Source: Dehalococcoidia bacterium (GTDB lineage: Bacteria; Chloroflexota; Dehalococcoidia; GIF9; AB-539-J10). From it: a DNA stretch of 62,192 bases. The translations under genes were made by a program, and so were the position numbers. Shown here one piece after another: positions 30,420 through 39,621 of the stretch. The stretch spans positions 1 to 62,192 of the forward strand of contig JAGGYM010000011.1 in the NCBI GenBank assembly GCA_021162545.1. The letters run 5' to 3'. Numbering within the stretch: position 1 is the first letter of the stretch; each line of letters starts with the position of its first letter. The notes beneath the pieces were generated by a model, which made no database searches, had not been told where the DNA came from, and saw only the letters and a program-made list of their open reading frames with translations.

Positions 30420-31199
30420 TCAAAGAGCACGCAGGTCATCATAAATTGCAGGCAGCAATCCTTGAAGATGTGCCTTAAGAGAACCGACGCTGGATTTATT
30501 TAGCAGCGGGGTAATTGAGACTCTGTTCAGTTGCAAGGCCCATATATCGGTGCCCTGCATGGCAGGGCATGTATCTTTGTTGCGCAGAATTCGGTAACAT
30601 GTTTCCCCATCGCCACAATTTTCTCTCACTGCATTGCAGTAACTTTGCTTGCTCAACGAGGTAACTTCTATGCCCTGGAGTTCGTTTGAGGGCAGATTGG
30701 GCAAGTTGACGCTCAATAAAATTTCTTTTGGCAGGTCTCCGTTCTTAATTCTATCAGCCAGTAAGGATACCAGCCTGGCAGCAGCATTAAAATCCAGATC
30801 TTCATAAGCATTGAGTGAGACTGCCAGGGATGGAATGTCGTGCAGATAACCCTGGATGGCAGCACCTACCGTCCCCGAAACAAAATTGTCGTGGCCTATG
30901 TTCGGCCCCATGTTAACGCCGGAGACAACCAGATCTATCTCCCCAAGAAACAGAGACCTGATTCCCAGTATGACGCAGTCTGCAGGAGTACCGGCAACAG
31001 CATAAGCTTCTACTCCGTTTAACCCCGCTGCCACTTTGCTTACCCCGATGGGCTGGCGCAACGTGATAGCCGTCCCTACACCACTCTGTTCCCGCTGAGG
31101 CGCCATCACCTTAACCTCTGCGTTTTTGTGAAGTTCCCCGGCTATTGCCCAGAGGCTGGGCGCATCAATGCCATCATCGTTGGTAAGCAGTATCTTTAT
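30420..31199 (-). CDS. surE: 5'/3'-nucleotidase SurE (apparent ATA start)
   Basis: The track ORF (30420-31109) lacks the conserved N-terminus. Extending in frame gives (I)KILLTNDDGIDAPSLWAIAGELHKNAEVKVMAPQREQSG. GGAGGA lies 6 nt upstream of ATA 31199, an in-frame TAG lies 6 codons upstream, and there is no ATG/GTG/TTG in between. Confidence 0.8.
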   Translation of the reverse strand: MKILLTNDDGIDAPSLWAIAGELHKNAEVKVMAPQREQSGVGTAITLRQPIGVSKVAAGLNGVEAYAVAGTPADCVILGIRSLFLGEIDLVVSGVNMGPNIGHDNFVSGTVGAAIQGYLHDIPSLAVSLNAYEDLDFNAAARLVSLLADRIKNGDLPKEILLSVNLPNLPSNELQGIEVTSLSKQSYCNAVRENCGDGETCYRILRNKDTCPAMQGTDIWALQLNRVSITPLLNKSSVGSLKAHLQGLLPAIYDDLRAL

Positions 31200-31287
31200 G
31201 AAATATCCTCCAAACTATCGCGCTTCGACATCTATTCACAGCGAAAGGACGCAGGCCCTTTAGCCTCCTGCCGCAAGTTTCCTTTAT

Positions 31288-31779
31288 TTATATGTATCTC
31301 TCTTCCCCCTCTACATCTACCTTTTGCAATTCGTCCGGGCTCTTTATGTGATCTATGTACAGTGTGCCGTTGAGGTGGTCTATCTCGTGTTCTAATGCCT
31401 GGGCGAGAAGTTCTTCCCCCCTGATACGAATTTCCTTGCCCTGCAGGTTTTGTGCCTTGACCTTAACCTTTACTGCGCGCTCGAGTTCTCCCTGGTAGCC
31501 AGGTACACTCAGGCAGGCTTCTGTTAACGATCTCACGCCCTCTTTTCTTATTATCTCAGGATTAATGAGCACCAGAGCGCTTTCTTCCGGCACTTCGACT
31601 ACGACAACGCGCAGGGAAATGCCTATCTGCGGAGCTGCCAGCCCTACTCCCGAGGAGGAGTGCATGGTATCCATCATGTCATTGACCAATCTCCTGATGG
31701 AGTTATCAATGGAGTTTACTCGCCTGGCTTTCTGGCGCAGCACAGGATCAGGTAAGACGCGTATCTTCAACACCGCCAT
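31288..31779 (-). CDS. def: peptide deformylase
   Basis: 163 aa with [18 protein letters not shown] and HEIDHLNG motifs. Confidence 0.95.
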   Translation of the reverse strand: MAVLKIRVLPDPVLRQKARRVNSIDNSIRRLVNDMMDTMHSSSGVGLAAPQIGISLRVVVVEVPEESALVLINPEIIRKEGVRSLTEACLSVPGYQGELERAVKVKVKAQNLQGKEIRIRGEELLAQALEHEIDHLNGTLYIDHIKSPDELQKVDVEGEERYI

Positions 31780-31924
31780 GGTTTTCTACAAAGCCCTTCA
31801 CTGGTTAAATTCAAATCTGTCTCTCGCTTCTGACGTCTCTGCACCGGGCACACATACCCCAGGGCAACCCCTCTATCTCAAGAAGCCCTTTTGCGGGTAT
31901 TCGCTGTCACCTCTATCCACAACA

Positions 31925-33064
31925 TCAGTTTTCCCATTGAACGAACATGGGCATGATAACGTGAACATAGTTATCTGTTCCTATAGGGCGTATGATCCCT
32001 GGACTCGAGGAGTTAGTTATTTCTATGGCAACCTGGGCTTGAGGAATAGCCGACAAGACGTCGGAGAGATATCTCACATTGAAGGCAATTTTAGCCTCTT
32101 CCCCATCAACCAGAGAATCGAGCTCGCTGACATTGCCTCCAACCTCTTCAGCCTGGGCCGAGACGGTGATTTTCCCCTGGCTCAGTTCACTCCCCGGAGT
32201 AATGACCAGGCGAACTATGCCGCTAGAATCACGGGCAAAAATGGAAGACGCTTTAATCGCCTGTATAAATTCATTGATTCCCACAACAGCCCGGACATTG
32301 TAACTTTGAGGTATGATCTGGGAATAGTTGGGGAAAGAACCCGGGATGAGTTGGGAAACTATTTCCGCATTCTCAAGGTGGAAGAGGATCTGGCTTTTCT
32401 GCTGGTTTATGGTGATTTCCACCGGCTCTTCCTGTTCACCAAGAATGCGGTTTACTTCATTGAAAGTCCTTGCGGGGATAATTACCGTGGTTGGTTCCTT
32501 AATCGGTGAGGAGAGAGTTGTCTTATGCACAGCCAGTCTGAAGCCGTCGGCGGCAACCAGAGTGAGTTGCTCCTTATCAAATTCAGTATTGATACCGGTC
32601 AACACGGGGCGGGATTCTTCCATAGCAGCAGTAAAGGTGACCTGCTTTATTCCCTCTCTGAGATTGGTTGCCTTGACGCTGGCAGTGATGCCATCGCTTA
32701 TCTCAGGGGTCGGGGGGAAATCCTGAGCATCAATGCCGTTTATGTGAGCCTGGAAATGACCGCTTTTAAGTTCCAGCGTATGGCTGTCGGGAGGGAGTGT
32801 GATCTCAATCAGGTCACTGGGCAAGGAATTAACAAAATCTACCAACAGGCGCGCAGGAATAGTTATGCTCCCCTCCTCTTCCACTTTAGCACCAACCCAG
32901 GAAGTGGTGGCAATTTCCAGATTTGTAGCCGATACCTTGAGCCGTGAGGGCTCACCAACCAGCAGAATATTCTGGGTAATGGGTAAAGTGGACCTGGTGG
33001 CCACAGCACGGCTTACTATACCCAATCCCTTGCTTAGCTTTTCCTGTAGACAAGATAATTTCAT
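31925..33064 (-). CDS. dnaN: DNA polymerase III subunit beta (sliding clamp)
   Basis: 379 aa, typical DnaN length and sequence (MKLSCLQEKLSKGL...). No dnaA is adjacent. Confidence 0.92.
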   Translation of the reverse strand: MKLSCLQEKLSKGLGIVSRAVATRSTLPITQNILLVGEPSRLKVSATNLEIATTSWVGAKVEEEGSITIPARLLVDFVNSLPSDLIEITLPPDSHTLELKSGHFQAHINGIDAQDFPPTPEISDGITASVKATNLREGIKQVTFTAAMEESRPVLTGINTEFDKEQLTLVAADGFRLAVHKTTLSSPIKEPTTVIIPARTFNEVNRILGEQEEPVEITINQQKSQILFHLENAEIVSQLIPGSFPNYSQIIPQSYNVRAVVGINEFIQAIKASSIFARDSSGIVRLVITPGSELSQGKITVSAQAEEVGGNVSELDSLVDGEEAKIAFNVRYLSDVLSAIPQAQVAIEITNSSSPGIIRPIGTDNYVHVIMPMFVQWEN

Positions 33065-33103
33065 GATCTGCCTCCCATCCTTATATGTGTGGAGAGTATA
33101 CTA

Positions 33104-33736
33104 TTAACAGTTATGAGAGTCAACGAATTGACTGTATATTTGTTGTAATATGAGTTGGGCCCTGTGGGCAGCTTGAGCGCGGTGGCTGATCTGGTTTTTC
33201 ACCTCCGGGGGAAGTTCAGCCATGCACTTGCCCTTTCCGGGGAGGTAGAATATGGGGTCATAGCCAAACCCCTCCTCACCCCTGACTTCGAAGCTAATCA
33301 TGCCATGGCATTCTCCCTGGCATAGTTCTAATCGCCCTGTCGGGGTAACTATAGCAATAACGCATTTGAAATGCGCAGTTCTTTCCTCCCACGGGACGCC
33401 AGCAAGTTTACCCAGGAGAAAATCCACTTTCTCTACATCGCTGGCGGCTTCACCTGCAAAGCGCGCCGACTTGATGCCAGGCTTACCACCAAGGGCATCC
33501 ACTTCAAGTCCAGAATCATCAGCAAGCGCAGTGGTTTGTCCCAATCTGGAATAAGTAACGGCCTTTATGGAAGCATTTTCCTCATAGGTACTCCCCTCTT
33601 CAGCCACTGTCTCACTAATTCCCGCATCCTCCGGGCTAATTATGTCAAATCCTGAATTCCTCAGGAGGAAGCGATATTCTCTTACCTTGCCCTGGTTATT
33701 GCTGGCTATAAGTAGCTTGGGCACTATATCTCGCAC
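33104..33736 (-). CDS. rdgB: XTP/dITP diphosphatase (Ham1/RdgB family)
   Basis: 210 aa, LLIASNNQGKVREY...FGYDPIF.... GTG start abuts the fbp stop. Confidence 0.9.
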   Translation of the reverse strand: MRDIVPKLLIASNNQGKVREYRFLLRNSGFDIISPEDAGISETVAEEGSTYEENASIKAVTYSRLGQTTALADDSGLEVDALGGKPGIKSARFAGEAASDVEKVDFLLGKLAGVPWEERTAHFKCVIAIVTPTGRLELCQGECHGMISFEVRGEEGFGYDPIFYLPGKGKCMAELPPEVKNQISHRAQAAHRAQLILQQIYSQFVDSHNC

Positions 33737-34837
33737 TTACTCCTGCAGGTCTTCAAATCTGAATGCCAGCTTTTCCGCTATCTCTGGCATGGTGGTGTAT
33801 TCCATCTCCTCCAGGGGCAAACGGTGTGGCTCAAAGGGCCCATGGCGACGCATGTAGTCAGCTACATCATTCGCCTGCTGGCGAGCGTTGTCAAATGATA
33901 TGTCGGCAAACATATCGCGCGGTCCAACCAGCTTGCCTTCAGTGAGCTGGAAGCCAAGACATGTTACCCTGGGTGGGCCATCAAAGCGCGACGGGATACT
34001 GTCGGCTACAGAGACCGGCATGAAGGGGCCATGATGTGAACCTCGCATCCACCCCTCTACCAGGTGAGGAAAGGCAAATGGTTCCAGCACTTCTCCCACC
34101 GCAGGGAATACCCCCTGAGAACGGACGATGCATACCGGGTCATCTTTACCCACATACCGTCCGGCAATCAGAGATAGGCGCTGGGTGGAAGACACCGCTG
34201 CTATCTCTCCGGTTGCTCTACTATACACCGCTTTCACCGCGTAGCGGCCGGGAGCTCCGATATAGATTAAGAGGTCATATATTTCTTCCGGCGAATTCAG
34301 GGTTATCTTCTTGTGATCCTTGACATCATGTACCTCAAAGGAAAAACCCTCGTGCATACTTAAAGCAATAACCAGCCCTATACTGTTGAAGGGATCGGCA
34401 AACATCTTGTACAGGGGCATATTCCATGCTCCGGACGACGTCTTATCAGCCATGAAAATAAGAACAGGTTCAGACTTCCGCTCCTCAATCTCCATCTCTG
34501 CTATGCCGGGGCCCATTCCTTTAACGTTGCCCGAAAAAGCATCCGAGAGCAAATCCTGCCCGGCACCGTAAAGCCCCAGGGTTTTGGCTAACTTAGTGCC
34601 TTCAACGAAGGTATCCCAAGCCAGCCTGTGTATTTCTTCGTTCTCCTCACCCCTCTGGTGAGTCATAATAAGCTGCAAGTCATCCCCGCACTTGGTTACA
34701 TGATAATCAACCAGCAATCCGGATTTTTTATGCCTGGCCAGGCACTCCTCAGCTTTGGCCAGAATGTCAGGGTGAGATTCAGAATGCCCCACATAACCAC
34801 CGATATCAGCCTTAATTACGCTCAGAGTTATCTTCAT
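33737..34837 (-). CDS. fbp: class V fructose-1,6-bisphosphate aldolase/phosphatase
   Basis: MKITLSVIKADIGGYVGHSESHPD... is characteristic of the archaeal-type FBP aldolase/phosphatase. Start trimmed to ATG 34837 (AAAGGAGG upstream). Confidence 0.9.
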   Translation of the reverse strand: MKITLSVIKADIGGYVGHSESHPDILAKAEECLARHKKSGLLVDYHVTKCGDDLQLIMTHQRGEENEEIHRLAWDTFVEGTKLAKTLGLYGAGQDLLSDAFSGNVKGMGPGIAEMEIEERKSEPVLIFMADKTSSGAWNMPLYKMFADPFNSIGLVIALSMHEGFSFEVHDVKDHKKITLNSPEEIYDLLIYIGAPGRYAVKAVYSRATGEIAAVSSTQRLSLIAGRYVGKDDPVCIVRSQGVFPAVGEVLEPFAFPHLVEGWMRGSHHGPFMPVSVADSIPSRFDGPPRVTCLGFQLTEGKLVGPRDMFADISFDNARQQANDVADYMRRHGPFEPHRLPLEEMEYTTMPEIAEKLAFRFEDLQE

Positions 34838-34978
34838 TGTGCCTCCTTTATCCAACTGATTGCCATACAGACAGCCTGCTCTTAGCCAAAACGGAGAGCC
34901 TTTAGAGAGATTCCTCCAGCTCTCCGACCCCCCAGAGAGACTTCGGGTGACTGAACCTCGTGCAGAATAAGGATCTCT

Positions 34979-35007
34979 ACTCTAGCAAATCCAAAGGCAG
35001 GTGTCAA
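34979..35007 (-). promoter_or_regulatory. candidate fbp promoter
   Basis: Minus strand: TTGACA (35007-35002), 17 nt spacer, TAGAGT (34984-34979). Confidence 0.35.
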
Positions 35008-35026
35008 TGTCATAAATCAGGGGCTT

Positions 35027-35086
35027 CGGTAACATGATTTATGACGCAACCATGCTCTCCCCGGTAACACTTTATTTTGACGCAAC
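35027..35086. repeat. imperfect direct repeat pair in the fbp/purF divergent intergenic region
   Basis: CGGTAACAtgatttaTGACGCAAC (35027-35050) and CGGTAACActttatttTGACGCAAC (35062-35086). They are flanked by GTGTCAAT at 35001-35008 and 35089-35096. Confidence 0.7.
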
Positions 35087-35140
35087 ATGTGTCAATCGGG
35101 GCGCCTTTCGATTAGAATAGACTCTACCCGAACACGGAAA

Positions 35141-35170
35141 TTGACTTGGTAATCAAGCATACCCTATAAT
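35141..35170 (+). promoter_or_regulatory. candidate purF operon promoter
   Basis: TTGACT (35141-35146), 18 nt spacer, TATAAT (35165-35170). A GAAAGGAAG SD follows before ATG 35193. Confidence 0.5.
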
Positions 35171-35192
35171 CCAGAAAGGAAGACAACTTTTT

Positions 35193-36608
35193 ATGCGAGA
35201 AAGTTGCGGCGTTTTTGGAATCTACGCTCCAGGAATAGAGGTGGCTCGCATTATCTTCTTTGGCCTCTTCGCGCTGCAGCATCGCGGGCAGGAAAGTGCT
35301 GGTATTGCCGTATCCGACGGCAGCTATATAAATTCACATTCCGCCATGGGACTGGTTTCCCAGGTATTCAACGAAACCAACCTTCCATTACTCGAAGGTT
35401 ACATCGGAATCGGGCACAATCGTTACTCCACCAAGGGCTCAAGCAAACTGAGTAACACTCAACCCGTGGTAGCGGAAATAAACGGGGTGAAAATTGCCCT
35501 GGCCCACAACGGCAATATCATCAACGCCAAACCGCTACATGATGAACTTCAGGAACGTGGTTACGCCTTTAGCAGCACCACCGATTCTGAAGTCATTGCC
35601 CGCCTTATTCTGGATTCCCCCGCCACCAGTTTGGAGAGGAAGGTCGAACACGCCATGCACCGCCTGCAGGGTGCATATTCACTGACGATTCTAACAGAGC
35701 ACAGCCTGATCGGAGTTCGCGATCCCATGGGTGTACGCCCCCTGTGCTTGGGGAAGCTCAATGGAGGATGGGTCCTCGCCTCAGAAACCTGCGCGCTGGA
35801 ACACATAGGAGCTGAATTCACCAGGGAAGTCGAGCCAGGCGAAATCGTTGTCATCGATAGCAATGGGATAAAGAGCTTCAATGGCAAAACCAGCACGAGG
35901 AAGGCTATCTGCGCCTTTGAATATATCTACTTCGCCCGTCCCGACAGCATAATTCAGGACAGGCTGATTTACCAGGCTAGACTGTCCATGGGCAAGATGT
36001 TAGCACAAGAACACCCCGTCAGCGCCGACCTCATCATTGGCGTGCCTGACTCAGCTATCAGCGCTGGCATCGGTTATGCCCGTGCTTCAGGCACTCCATA
36101 CTGCGAGGGGCTAATCAAAAATCGCTATGTCGGTCGCACCTTCATTCAGCCCGACCAGAGGATAAGAGAACTTGGCGTTCACTTAAAATTCAACCCCCTT
36201 CCCCAGATAATCGCAGGAAAACGGCTGGTCGTCGTCGACGACAGCATCGTCCGAGGCACTACTACCCCTCACGTAGTCAGGCTATTGAGAAAGGCAGGAG
36301 CCGCGGAAGTGCATTTGCGCATATGCGCCCCACCACTCCGCTACCCCTGCTTCTTCGGCGTGGACATGGCAACCAAACAAGAACTCATTGCCGCCAGAAA
36401 GACCATTCCCGAAATCAAAGAATACCTTAACGTCGATTCGCTCGGCTATCTTAGCGTCGAGGGACTAATTCAAGCTATAGATTTGCGCCGGGATATGTTT
36501 TGCCTGGCCTGCTTCACCGGAGAGTATCCCATCCCGATACAGATGGAAATGGACAAACTGGATCTGGAAATGCCGCGAGAAAAGGAGTTTTGTGAAAGCA
36601 AAACCTAG
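35193..36608 (+). CDS. purF: amidophosphoribosyltransferase
   Basis: 471 aa with N-terminal MRESCGVFGI (Ntn Cys) and PRTase motif VVVDDSIVRGTT. Confidence 0.95.
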   Translation: MRESCGVFGIYAPGIEVARIIFFGLFALQHRGQESAGIAVSDGSYINSHSAMGLVSQVFNETNLPLLEGYIGIGHNRYSTKGSSKLSNTQPVVAEINGVKIALAHNGNIINAKPLHDELQERGYAFSSTTDSEVIARLILDSPATSLERKVEHAMHRLQGAYSLTILTEHSLIGVRDPMGVRPLCLGKLNGGWVLASETCALEHIGAEFTREVEPGEIVVIDSNGIKSFNGKTSTRKAICAFEYIYFARPDSIIQDRLIYQARLSMGKMLAQEHPVSADLIIGVPDSAISAGIGYARASGTPYCEGLIKNRYVGRTFIQPDQRIRELGVHLKFNPLPQIIAGKRLVVVDDSIVRGTTTPHVVRLLRKAGAAEVHLRICAPPLRYPCFFGVDMATKQELIAARKTIPEIKEYLNVDSLGYLSVEGLIQAIDLRRDMFCLACFTGEYPIPIQMEMDKLDLEMPREKEFCESKT

Positions 36609-37614
36609 AGGAGCCTATGCCAGTTCCGGTGTGGACGTAAATGCAGCCGACAAAATTAAGAAATCCATTGCTCAGCTGGCCTCCTCCTCATTCAACCCCT
36701 CCGTCCTGAATTTCGGTTCCTTTGGCAGCGCGTTCCAATTCCAGGGATACAACGAGCCCATACTGGTCTCCAGCACCGATGGCGTTGGTACCAAGACCAG
36801 AATCGCTTCTCTCTTCAACAAACACGATACCATCGGCATGGATATTGTCAACCACTGCACCAACGATATCCTGTGCTGTGGGGCTAAACCCCTTTTCTTT
36901 CTGGACTACATCGCCATGGAAAAGCTGATGCCCCTGCAGGTAGAAGCCATCGTCAGAGGCCTGGCCCAGGCCTGCATAGAAAACGGTTGTGCCCTTATTG
37001 GAGGCGAAACCGCAGAAATGCCCGGAGTCTACCGGGAGGGATGCTATGACCTGGCTGGCTTCATCGTGGGGGTAGTGGAGAAGAGAACCATCATTGATGG
37101 GCACTCCATTGCACCAGGAGATATCGTCCTGGGGCTCCCTTCCTCCGGGCTGCACACCAACGGCTACTCGCTAGCGCGAAAAGTCTTTGGCATAGAAGAT
37201 GACCCCTCTCCACTGAATAAAGTCTATCCCGAGCTGGGAAAACCACTGGGGGAAGAGTTGCTCCAGGCTCATCTCTCATACTACAACGCACTCAAGAACG
37301 TACTTCCCTCAATCAAAGGGCTGGCTCATATCACCGGTGGGGGATTTGAGGGGAACGTACCCCGCATCCTTCCCCAGGGCCTCGCCGTCGAACTGCGCAA
37401 AAGCTCCTGGGAAGTTCCTCCCATCTTCAAGCTCATCCAGGAAAAGGGAGATGTGAATGAGACGGAAATGTACAGAGTATTCAACATGGGCATCGGCATG
37501 GCTATTTTGTGCTCACCAGAAGAGGTGATGAATTTAACTACAACTTTGCCTCAAGCCAAGATTATAGGCGAGGCAACCAGAGCAAAGGGCGGAAAAACTG
37601 TCATCATCAGCTAA
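36592..37614 (+). CDS. purM: phosphoribosylformylglycinamidine cyclo-ligase (AIR synthetase)
   Basis: 340 aa with a GTG start overlapping purF by 17 nt, ...VSSTDGVGTK.... Confidence 0.93.
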   Translation: MKAKPRGAYASSGVDVNAADKIKKSIAQLASSSFNPSVLNFGSFGSAFQFQGYNEPILVSSTDGVGTKTRIASLFNKHDTIGMDIVNHCTNDILCCGAKPLFFLDYIAMEKLMPLQVEAIVRGLAQACIENGCALIGGETAEMPGVYREGCYDLAGFIVGVVEKRTIIDGHSIAPGDIVLGLPSSGLHTNGYSLARKVFGIEDDPSPLNKVYPELGKPLGEELLQAHLSYYNALKNVLPSIKGLAHITGGGFEGNVPRILPQGLAVELRKSSWEVPPIFKLIQEKGDVNETEMYRVFNMGIGMAILCSPEEVMNLTTTLPQAKIIGEATRAKGGKTVIIS

Positions 37615-37626
37615 AGAGGAGGCCAC

Positions 37627-39159
37627 ATGCGCGCTATCGTAAGTCTTTCAAATAAATCCGGGATAATACCCTTCGTCCAGGGCCTGCAGGAAATGGGCAT
37701 TGAAATCTTCAGCACCGGCGGAACCAGAAGAACGCTGGATTCGGCGGGAGTCAAAGTTCACAGCATATCAGAAATAACGGGTTTCCCCGAAATCCTGGAC
37801 GGTAGGGTGAAGACGCTGCATCCAGCAGTGCATGGTGGAATACTGGCCCGTCGCGATCTACCACAACACTTGGTTGAACTGGCACAACATCACATCGAAC
37901 CTGTTGATATAGTCATAGTGAACCTCTACCCCTTCGCCGAGACTATAGCAAGGGAAGGGGTCTCTCTGGAAGAGGCCCTGGAAAATATAGACATCGGTGG
38001 TCCAACTCTAATTCGCTCGGCGGCCAAAAATTTTCCTTCCGTTCTGGTTATAGTTGACCCCGAAGACTATGGCCCCGTACTGCTGAAGCTTCGCCAGGAA
38101 AAGATAGATTCAGGAGAGCGGAAAAGGCTGGCCCAGAAGGCCTTCCAGCACGTAGCCCTCTACGATACAGCTATATCTCAATATCTGAACGAGGAAATTT
38201 TCCCCGAAGAAATGACCCTGGCCTTGAGGAAGTGCTCCGACCTGCGCTACGGGGAAAACCCACATCAGAAAGCCTCTTTTTACCAGGAGCAAAACGCGAA
38301 GCAAGGAAAGGCAGGACTGGCATCCCTGAAACTTCTCCATGGCCCCGAGATCTCCTTCAACAACCTGCTTGACTTCGATGCTGCCCTGGCACTTCTGGAA
38401 AGCTTCACAGAACCCACCGTTGCGATACTGAAACACACTAATCCCTGTGGCCTCGCCTTCCATGATAACCTGGTTGAAGCCTATCGCAGAGCTTTCAGCG
38501 GAGACCCCCTGGCAGCCTTCGGTGGCGTGGTTGCCAGCAACCACGCCATCAACATGGAGACAGCCCAGGAAATAGATAAAACCCATTACGACGCCATCAT
38601 AGCCCCCGGTTACGAAGATGGAGCTCTCAAGCTGCTGGGACGCAAAAAGAGCCTGCGCCTGGTCAAGATATCCCCGGAGGCCATGAAACCTTGTTCCAAC
38701 CTCCTCCTTGATTTCAGGCGCATCAGAGGCGGGTTCCTGAGCCAGACGCTCGACCTCTTTTCTGAGGCAGAATCGCTGCCCAGTATCGTCACCGAACGAC
38801 AGCCGTCAGAGTCAGAGTCGTCAGACCTCCTCTTTGCCTGGAAGGCGGTCAAAAGGATAAAGTCCAATGCTATAGCCATTGTCAAAGACAAAACGCTGCT
38901 GGGAATGGGAACGGGGCAGCCCAGCAGGGTAGTAAGTGTTCAACTGGCCCTGGAGAGAGCTGGCGATAGAAGCAATGGTAGCGTGCTCGCCTCCGATGGT
39001 TTCTTCCCCTTCACCGATGGCCCCGAACTGGCGATCAAGGGCGGCATCACCGCTATCATCCAGCCAGGTGGTTCTATCAGAGACAAAGAGGTAATCGCTA
39101 TGGCTAACGGGCATAATATAGCCATGGCGTTTACTGGAGTTCGTCATTTCAGACACTAA
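37627..39159 (+). CDS. purH: bifunctional AICAR transformylase / IMP cyclohydrolase
   Basis: 510 aa, ...VKTLHPAVHGGIL...QPGGSIRD.... Confidence 0.95.
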   Translation: MRAIVSLSNKSGIIPFVQGLQEMGIEIFSTGGTRRTLDSAGVKVHSISEITGFPEILDGRVKTLHPAVHGGILARRDLPQHLVELAQHHIEPVDIVIVNLYPFAETIAREGVSLEEALENIDIGGPTLIRSAAKNFPSVLVIVDPEDYGPVLLKLRQEKIDSGERKRLAQKAFQHVALYDTAISQYLNEEIFPEEMTLALRKCSDLRYGENPHQKASFYQEQNAKQGKAGLASLKLLHGPEISFNNLLDFDAALALLESFTEPTVAILKHTNPCGLAFHDNLVEAYRRAFSGDPLAAFGGVVASNHAINMETAQEIDKTHYDAIIAPGYEDGALKLLGRKKSLRLVKISPEAMKPCSNLLLDFRRIRGGFLSQTLDLFSEAESLPSIVTERQPSESESSDLLFAWKAVKRIKSNAIAIVKDKTLLGMGTGQPSRVVSVQLALERAGDRSNGSVLASDGFFPFTDGPELAIKGGITAIIQPGGSIRDKEVIAMANGHNIAMAFTGVRHFRH

Positions 39160-39180
39160 TTCATCGGAAACGAGGGTAAA

Positions 39181-39507
39181 ATGGTAGTAATAAACAAAAA
39201 AAGAGTCAGGGGGGAAATCAAGGCCATCAAGGAGAAACTAGCTGCCGCAGGAAGAGAACGGGAAGGCATCTCGGAGATAACGAAGCTGCTGGAAGTAAAA
39301 GATTCCAGCCTCCAGCAAGTGGACAGTTGCGCAGCCTGTTGCGGTAGTTCCTGTAGTATAGCTTTTCTGCTTGAGGCCGAAATTGAAATCCTGCGAAGCG
39401 CCCTGGAGGCGATAAAGGCAAACGACACGAGCAGGGCAGGTCTTTTACTGGAAGCTTACCTCGACTTTTTAGAGAACAACTACGAAAATGCACCCGCCTT
39501 TTTCTAA
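39181..39507 (+). CDS. hypothetical small helical protein with central Cys cluster
   Basis: 108 aa with GAGGG 6 nt upstream and a CAACCGSSC motif. I recognise no family. Minus-strand ORFs in the same interval are low-complexity shadows. Confidence 0.5.
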   Translation: MVVINKKRVRGEIKAIKEKLAAAGREREGISEITKLLEVKDSSLQQVDSCAACCGSSCSIAFLLEAEIEILRSALEAIKANDTSRAGLLLEAYLDFLENNYENAPAFF

Positions 39508-39581
39508 CGTCTCTGAGCCAGAAGAATAGTTATTCCTTCGGGAGGACTTCGGCTTCACCTCAGCTCCTGGCTTTCCGTCAT

Positions 39582-39611
39582 TTGGAAAGAAAGGCCAAAG
39601 CGTCTTATAAT
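39582..39611 (+). promoter_or_regulatory. candidate promoter abutting the pncA-pncB fusion start
   Basis: TTGGAA (39582-39587), 18 nt spacer, TATAAT (39606-39611). Only 10 nt separate it from GTG 39622, with no SD. Confidence 0.4.
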
Positions 39612-39621
39612 TAGCATTACC

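Noticed and set aside
31925-33064. dnaN as a marker of the replication origin.
   Set aside because: No dnaA gene and no DnaA-box cluster (TTATCCACA-like) is evident in the flanking spacers (33065-33103 and 31780-31924). dnaN appears to be relocated away from oriC.
34856-35192. Possible purine-, ZTP- or PRPP-type riboswitch upstream of purF.
   Set aside because: A strong TTGACT-18-TATAAT promoter sits only 22 nt upstream of the purF ATG, leaving no room for an aptamer. I also could not find the conserved cores of the purine, ZTP (pfl) or ykkC-subtype riboswitches on either strand.
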